DNA from: an uncultured cyanobacterium | GTDB lineage: Bacteria > Cyanobacteriota > Cyanobacteriia > Pseudanabaenales > Pseudanabaenaceae | Assembly: GCA_963703315.1 (NCBI GenBank) | Contig: OY969811.1 | Coordinates: forward strand, 704,001 to 768,000 | Length of the DNA stretch: 64,000 nucleotides | Direction: 5' to 3' | Part shown: one piece after another, positions 58,567-64,000 of the stretch | Numbering within the stretch: position 1 is the stretch's first letter | How the letters are laid out: every line of letters starts with the position of its first letter | The notes under the pieces: model-generated | Told to the model about the DNA's origin: nothing | Database searches by the model: none | Seen by the model: only the letters and a program-made list of their open reading frames with translations | Position numbers and translations under genes: made by a program

Positions 58567-59306
58567 GTAGAGGAAAGTATCTTTCTGAAGATGAAATTGT
58601 AGATCTATTGAGAGAAACATCACTTCCAACAATTTTAGTTGAAGGCAGCGATGATTTATCGGTATATAACAGATACTTAGAAAGCAAGATTAATATTGAA
58701 GATGTTGATGTTTTACCTTGTCAAGGAAGACCGACTCTTCTGAATATTTTTCAAAGAAGAGCAGAATTTAGAAATGCTAAAGTGGTCTTTGTTGCAGATA
58801 AAGATATGTGGTTCTTTTGTGGCATTCCAAAAGAATATGAAAATCAAATAGTATTTACAGATGGATATTCATTAGAAAATGATATTTATGTTGAACAAAG
58901 TTTTAAAAAACTATTAGATAAAGAAGATTTAAAAAAGTTTGAGAATTTAATTAAGCAGTTATCAATTTGGTTTGCTTTTGAAGTCAATAGATATAAAGAA
59001 ACTCTTGAGTCAAAATGTGATGTTAATACAGATAGGATATGTCCAGACGATACTATCTGCCCTAATTTTAAGCAAGCAATAAATTTTGTCGATCCACCTC
59101 AAGAGCTTGTAGGTCTCATTCATCGTGAATATGCTAGAGCGTTGCGTGGTAAAAACTTATTTCAGGCTTTATTAAGGTTTTTAACTCGTCGGACATCAAA
59201 TTATAGTCGAGCTAATCTTCTTGAGCTTGGTTCAAAAGTGCTTGATAATCCACGAATAGAAATTTTGGTTAACAAAATCATGGAAAAGTTTCAAGAATAT
59301 CGCTAA
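58563..59306 (+). CDS. DUF4435 TOPRIM-like nuclease, PARIS AriB-like
   Basis: ILVEGSDD, ADKD, YSLEN, RGK; ATGA overlap with the ATPase. Confidence 0.8.
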   Translation: MSRGKYLSEDEIVDLLRETSLPTILVEGSDDLSVYNRYLESKINIEDVDVLPCQGRPTLLNIFQRRAEFRNAKVVFVADKDMWFFCGIPKEYENQIVFTDGYSLENDIYVEQSFKKLLDKEDLKKFENLIKQLSIWFAFEVNRYKETLESKCDVNTDRICPDDTICPNFKQAINFVDPPQELVGLIHREYARALRGKNLFQALLRFLTRRTSNYSRANLLELGSKVLDNPRIEILVNKIMEKFQEYR

Positions 59307-59385
59307 GTAATAACCTCGATAGGTGGCTAACACGATGTCCAAACGATGCAAAAATAGTAGATCGATTCTACTGGAGAAAGATTAG

Positions 59386-60789
59386 GTGTCGGACAAATTT
59401 GATTACGATTTGATCATTATTGGCGCTGGCGTTGGTGGACATGGCGCAGCCCTCCATGCCGTCGCCTGTGGCTTGAAAACAGCGATCGTTGAAGATGGCG
59501 TAATGGGCGGAACCTGCGTCAACCGAGGATGCATCCCCTCCAAGGCATTACTCGCCGCTTCTGGACGAGTGCGCGAAATGCGGGCAAAGTCTCACCTAAA
59601 GGCGTTAGGTATTGATGTCGGTGAAGTAAATTTCGATCGCGGGGCGATCGCTAGTCATGCCGATAACTTAGTACTGAAATTGCGCGGCGACTTGACCAAT
59701 AGCCTCAAACGATTAGGCGTAGATATTTTGGAAGGTCGTGGTCGTGTAGCTGGCGAACAGAAAGTTAGCGTTGGCGATAAGACCTACACCGCCAAAGACA
59801 TTATTCTCGCCACTGGTTCCGAGCCATTCGTCCCTCGGGGGATTCAACTCGACGGCAAAACCGTATTTACCAGCGATCAGGCTGTACGTCTAGAAACCTT
59901 GCCCCAATGGGTCGCGATTATCGGTAGCGGTTACATTGGTTTAGAATTTGCGGATGTCTATACGGCGCTTGGTTCGGAAGTAACGATGATCGAAGCTCTC
60001 GATATATTGATGCCCGGATTCGATCCTGATATTGCCAAGATTGCGGAGCGTGTACTTCTCAAACCTCGCGATATTGAAACTAGAACTGGTGTATTCGCCA
60101 CCAAGATTACCGCAGGTTCTCCTGTCAAAATAGAACTTACCGATGCCAAGACTAAGAAGGTAGTGGAAGTTCTGGAAGTGGATGCTTGCTTGGTGGCCAC
60201 AGGTCGGATTCCGCTTACTAAAGATCTTGGTTTAGAAAGCGTCGGTATTGCGCCTAATCAGCGTAGATTTATTGATGTGGATGACACGATGGCGACTTCC
60301 GTTCCCCATCTTTGGGCGATCGGTGATGCGACGGGTAAGATGATGTTGGCTCACGCTGCCTCGGCTCAGGGCATTGTTGCTGTAGAAAATATCTGTGGTC
60401 GTGCGACTACGGTTGATTATCAAAGCATTCCTGCGGCGGCGTTCACCCATCCTGAAGTCAGCTTTGTCGGTTTGACTGAACCACAGGCGAAGGAAAAAGG
60501 AGCATCGGAAGGCTTTAAGGTTGCCACAGCGAAGTCATACTTTAAAGGCAATTCCAAGGCGATCGCAGAGGGAGAAACCGAAGGCTTAGCCAAGATTGTT
60601 TACCGCGAAGATACGGGCGAACTTTTGGGCGTGCATATTATCGGTATTCATGCTTCTGACTTGATTCATGAGGCATCTGCGGCAATACGCGATCGCCAAA
60701 CGGTGCAGAAGTTAGCGACGATTGTTCACGCGCACCCAACGCTCAGCGAAGTTTTGGATGAAGCTTACAAACGCGCAGCGCATATCTAA
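59386..60789 (+). CDS. lpdA: Dihydrolipoyl dehydrogenase
   Basis: [35 protein letters not shown]. Confidence 0.97.
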   Translation: MSDKFDYDLIIIGAGVGGHGAALHAVACGLKTAIVEDGVMGGTCVNRGCIPSKALLAASGRVREMRAKSHLKALGIDVGEVNFDRGAIASHADNLVLKLRGDLTNSLKRLGVDILEGRGRVAGEQKVSVGDKTYTAKDIILATGSEPFVPRGIQLDGKTVFTSDQAVRLETLPQWVAIIGSGYIGLEFADVYTALGSEVTMIEALDILMPGFDPDIAKIAERVLLKPRDIETRTGVFATKITAGSPVKIELTDAKTKKVVEVLEVDACLVATGRIPLTKDLGLESVGIAPNQRRFIDVDDTMATSVPHLWAIGDATGKMMLAHAASAQGIVAVENICGRATTVDYQSIPAAAFTHPEVSFVGLTEPQAKEKGASEGFKVATAKSYFKGNSKAIAEGETEGLAKIVYREDTGELLGVHIIGIHASDLIHEASAAIRDRQTVQKLATIVHAHPTLSEVLDEAYKRAAHI

Positions 60790-60790
60790 C

Positions 60791-60821
60791 TAAAAAAGCA
60801 TCCCGATGGGGTGCTTTTTTA
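60791..60821 (+). terminator. Intrinsic terminator of lpdA
   Basis: AAAAAAGCATCCC-gat-GGGGTGCTTTTTT. Confidence 0.8.
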
Positions 60822-60966
60822 TGTCCATTTGCGATCGCTTAATCTTTTTGGGGATATCTATTTCAAGTCTATGTGTGTAAAATTTGTATTGACACGCAAC
60901 GCATGAGAGTTAATTAGAACAAGGTAGTTAGTTATATGAAGTCTCATATATCTGTACAAGTAAAAC

Positions 60967-61066
60967 GGGCACTGGTCAGCTAAATCGTGATCGACGTATT
61001 TGCGTCTTTTTTATTGGCATGAAATGGACGCTTCAGAACCCATCCCACATTACCTGACCAGTGCCT
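60967..61066 (+). ncRNA. Candidate structured RNA (long hairpin) upstream of the RHH/DUF29 array
   Basis: GGCACTGGTCAG pairs with CTGACCAGTGCC; inner GCGTC/GACGC stem. Confidence 0.4.
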
Positions 61067-61088
61067 AGCCGTCTATCTCGATGCTGAT

Positions 61089-61232
61089 ATGAAAAAAGAT
61101 TTGGAGACCCTTGCTAAATTAGACAAGCGAAGTGTTTCTAACCTTATCTATGCTTGGGTTGTAGATAATATTGAGTCTGCCAAGCGAGAGGGGAAATTAG
61201 GCGATCGCACCAATAACACAGGAGCAAAATAA
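61089..61232 (+). CDS. Ribbon-helix-helix-like small protein (not in ORF track; possibly 5'-damaged)
   Basis: (LAVYLDAD)MKKDLETLAKLDKRSVSNLIYAWVVDNI..; stop TAA directly followed by the DUF29 ATG. Confidence 0.55.
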   Translation: MKKDLETLAKLDKRSVSNLIYAWVVDNIESAKREGKLGDRTNNTGAK

Positions 61233-61685
61233 ATGACACAAACAATTGCACCACCATCGACCTTGTACGAGCGTGACCTTAATTTGTGGTTAGGAGATGC
61301 GATCGCCAAATTGAAAGCAGGTGACTTTCAAAATCTTGATGTTGAAAATTTAATAGAGGAGCTAGAGGGTTTGGCTGGTAGAGATCGGCGTGAGGTATCA
61401 AATAGGCTTAAACGATTGATCGAACACATACTCAAGCGATGCTATGTCGATATGCCTGAATGTTATAGAGGATGGGAAGTCACGATCATCAATCAGCGTG
61501 ATGAACTTGATGAAATTCTGAGTCAGTCCCCAAGTCTTAAACAGGTTTTCTTGCAATGTTTTGATGATGCGTTTAAAAAAGCCTTGAGACTCGTAAAAAC
61601 TGAATACCGAGAGGTTTCTTTTCCTGATACATGGCAGTTTGGGCGCGATATCGACACGATGCTAACTGTTGATTTTTGGGAGTAG
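61233..61685 (+). CDS. DUF29 family protein, array copy 1
   Basis: LYERD..W, LDVENLIEEL, HILKR, SPSLK. Confidence 0.92.
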   Translation: MTQTIAPPSTLYERDLNLWLGDAIAKLKAGDFQNLDVENLIEELEGLAGRDRREVSNRLKRLIEHILKRCYVDMPECYRGWEVTIINQRDELDEILSQSPSLKQVFLQCFDDAFKKALRLVKTEYREVSFPDTWQFGRDIDTMLTVDFWE

Positions 61686-61822
61686 CGATCGCCCCAATGC
61701 CAAAAGTCATGAGTGAGTCAATCATACAGTCCTTAATCTATGCTTGGGTTGTAGATAATATCGAGTCTGCCAAGCATGAGGGAAAATTAGGCGATCGCAC
61801 CAATAACACAGGAGCAAAATAA

Positions 61823-62281
61823 ATGACACAAACAATTGCACCACCATCGACCTTGTACGAGCGTGACCTTAATTTGTGGTTAGGAGATGCGATCGCCAAA
61901 TTGAAAGCAGGTGACTTTCAAAATCTTGATGTTGAAAATTTAATAGAGGAGCTAGAGGGCTTGGCTGGTAGAGATAGGCGTGAGATTGATAGTAGGCTAA
62001 TCACCATGATTGAGCATATTCTCAAGCGCTGCCATGTCGATATGCCTGATTGCTTTGGTGGTTGGCAGAATACGATCGCCACGCAAAGGAACGAACTAGC
62101 ACTAATACTCGAACAATCCCCAAGTCTTAAGCGATATTTTTTAGACCGTTTTGATCGATGTTTTGCGATCGCTTTGCGGGATGTAAAAAAGGAATATTCA
62201 AAAAAGGGCTATCAAATTCCTGATACATGGCAGTTTGGGCGCGATATCGACACAATGCTAACCGTTGATTTTTGGGAGTAG
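61823..62281 (+). CDS. DUF29 family protein, array copy 2
   Basis: Same ends as copy 1, divergent middle. Confidence 0.92.
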   Translation: MTQTIAPPSTLYERDLNLWLGDAIAKLKAGDFQNLDVENLIEELEGLAGRDRREIDSRLITMIEHILKRCHVDMPDCFGGWQNTIATQRNELALILEQSPSLKRYFLDRFDRCFAIALRDVKKEYSKKGYQIPDTWQFGRDIDTMLTVDFWE

Positions 62282-62434
62282 CGATCGCCCCAATGCCAAA
62301 AGTCATGAGTGAGTCAATCATACAGTCCTTAATCTATGCTTGGGTTGTAGATAATATCGAGTCTGCCAAGCGTGAGGGAAAATTAGGCGATCGCCTTTAT
62401 GATGAGTTCTTTTGCATAAGTTCTAACAAATCTA

Positions 62435-62821
62435 ATGCGTAATTTCTATTTCGATCGCAAGTATTTCTATCTCACAGTTGTACTATTTTTGATAGAAGTT
62501 TGGATTGCTATTTTTATGGATGACCAGTTTATCCGTCCTTTTGTGGGAGATATTTTAGTAGTCATTCTCATTTACAGCTTTGTCAGAGCTTTTTGGAAGA
62601 TTAATGCTAATGTCGCGGCTCTATCGGTATTTGCATTTGCCTGTGTGATCGAAGGCTGTCAATATCTCCAACTCATTGACAAATTGGGACTACGACAATA
62701 CAAGCCCTTAGCAGTGATTCTGGGGACTACCTTCGATTGGAAAGATATCTTTGCCTATGCGATTGGGACGGCAATCATTATCTTATGGGAAAAGCTGGCT
62801 AATTCCTCAAAGTCTATCTAG
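62435..62821 (+). CDS. DUF2809 family membrane protein
   Basis: FIRPFVGD, IE..QY, ILGTTFDW.D..AY. Confidence 0.85.
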   Translation: MRNFYFDRKYFYLTVVLFLIEVWIAIFMDDQFIRPFVGDILVVILIYSFVRAFWKINANVAALSVFAFACVIEGCQYLQLIDKLGLRQYKPLAVILGTTFDWKDIFAYAIGTAIIILWEKLANSSKSI

Positions 62822-63467
62822 TTCTGATCATGGATTCTAATTCGAGAAGGCGACCTTCGGCTAAGCGATCGCGACATTGTTTCACGGTTTGCAACTGCTC
62901 AGTAGAGCGAGATGATTCAAATTGACAATGTTGGACTTGATAAAGTTGCCATTGACGTTGCCCAGCCGAATTTTTGAGATTGTCTTGATTCAAGATTTTA
63001 TTCAAACGTTGGGAAGTTGCATCTGGGGTAAGTTGATAGTTTCTTGTTCCTTGTAAATCCGCAATGCGATCGTTGGTAACCCTAGCGCGGCAACTATGAT
63101 ATAGCAGTGGATAAATGGAACCTTTACGAAAGGGTTCGCTTAGTTCTTGGCAATGAGTATCTCGATAGGCATTCCAAGTTTGCTCGATCGCCATGAGTTG
63201 ATTTTTTTTAGCTTCAGGAAACGAGCGAGAGACATCTTCATAAACAAGCGATCTCAAAAAATCGGCAGTTTTTGCCCATCGCGATGCACAGAAGTTAAGC
63301 GCAAGTTGAGTTTGGGCTTCACAGGCAGGAGCAGCTACCCCGAATATTTGTGATTGACCGACTGTTTGAGGAGTCACTTGGGCAGAGATTGGAGCGATCG
63401 CTACAAAGGATACTCCGATAGTGATCAGGAAAGAATTAAGAAAAGAATTACAGGAGACTTTGTTCAT
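62814..63467 (-). CDS. LprI/DUF1311-family exported protein
   Basis: Signal peptide; C..QTQ..LN.CA, Q..W..YRD..C, GSIYP. Confidence 0.8.
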   Translation of the reverse strand: MNKVSCNSFLNSFLITIGVSFVAIAPISAQVTPQTVGQSQIFGVAAPACEAQTQLALNFCASRWAKTADFLRSLVYEDVSRSFPEAKKNQLMAIEQTWNAYRDTHCQELSEPFRKGSIYPLLYHSCRARVTNDRIADLQGTRNYQLTPDATSQRLNKILNQDNLKNSAGQRQWQLYQVQHCQFESSRSTEQLQTVKQCRDRLAEGRLLELESMIRTR

Positions 63468-63476
63468 AAGTGTGGC

Positions 63477-63974
63477 TCAAAAAGTAGTACCTGATTTAAA
63501 TCCATACCAATCACCAATGATCGGATAGTATCCATAGATCTTAGAACCAAAGTGAGCATTTCCATAGGGATTAGGTTTGTAGGCAAATCCATAATGGATA
63601 AAATCAAAAAAAAGTCCATATTGACCAGTACTAAAGTAGATGCCGCCACGCTCATCGCGATCGCACTCGATGACACGATAAAAACCTAGCTGTTGATCGA
63701 TAGGTTTGCTATTACAGATTTTCTGAAGTTGATCGACATGAGTGACAACTGCTTCAAAGGCAGGACGAGATAAGCTAAAGGCAATTGTTTGAGGTAGATT
63801 GGTTTTCAATAAAATCGTAGTGATAGCGATGGTAACCACAAAGGCAATTAGTAAGCGGCGGCGATCGCGTTTATTTTCATTGATGCGTTGCAAGGGAAGC
63901 TGCTTCTCTTTCTTTCGTCGATTTAGAGTAAGTATAATCGCTAATATGATGGCAATAGCAAAAGGAATTGACAT
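63477..63974 (-). CDS. Hypothetical membrane protein
   Basis: Two hydrophobic segments and aromatic/Gly-rich C-terminus. Confidence 0.6.
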   Translation of the reverse strand: MSIPFAIAIILAIILTLNRRKKEKQLPLQRINENKRDRRRLLIAFVVTIAITTILLKTNLPQTIAFSLSRPAFEAVVTHVDQLQKICNSKPIDQQLGFYRVIECDRDERGGIYFSTGQYGLFFDFIHYGFAYKPNPYGNAHFGSKIYGYYPIIGDWYGFKSGTTF

Positions 63975-64000
63975 TACATAGGCGATCGCTAAAATAATAA

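Larger units (their letters stand above)
61147..62394 (+). repeat. Tandem direct repeat, period 590/596 bp, about 2.1 units
   Basis: 62-bp block TCTATGCTTGGG..GGCGATCGC at 61147, 61737 and 62333. Confidence 0.92.
1..64000. repeat. HIP1 octamer GCGATCGC dispersed across the window
   Basis: Very many copies in core genes; none seen in the porin gene, 52.8-55.0 kb or 57.4-59.3 kb. Confidence 0.95.

Noticed and set aside
61147..62394. CRISPR array or DGR
   Set aside because: The spacers are ~530-bp gene-bearing segments, no cas or reverse transcriptase gene is present, and differences are not adenine-specific.

Overview
Cyanobacterial chromosome segment. HIP1 (GCGATCGC) is very frequent, and gene content and intergenic palindromes suggest a Pseudanabaena-like organism (inference). 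Most of the window is housekeeping: rdgB, ClC channel, RNase R-like, SLH porin, nblB, hom, accC, argF, UPF0182, Mrp antiporter, mltG-ruvX, eda, bcp, folP, cpcT and lpdA. Accessory loci: (1) a partial contractile injection system (DUF4255 plus LuxR regulator, divergent from a sheath, three tubes and a chaperone; no baseplate or spike) abutting a rearranged MoxR/DUF58/SpoIIM/RDD/DUF4129/DUF4350 cluster; (2) a 1.53-kb transposase-less element with 50-bp inverted ends and a 6-bp target duplication, carrying a pentapeptide gene, inserted into a decayed toxin-antitoxin-like locus whose antitoxin-like part is fused to a chromophore-less phycobiliprotein fold; (3) a PARIS-like ATPase plus DUF4435 pair; (4) a tandem RHH-fragment/DUF29 array with identical ends and swapped middles, behind a 100-nt hairpin; (5) a GUN4 domain split over two genes; (6) two MITE families (TA and 5-bp TSDs) and many c-GNA-g hairpins. 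No rRNA, tRNA, CRISPR array or transposase was seen. All family calls are by motif recognition, not by database search.
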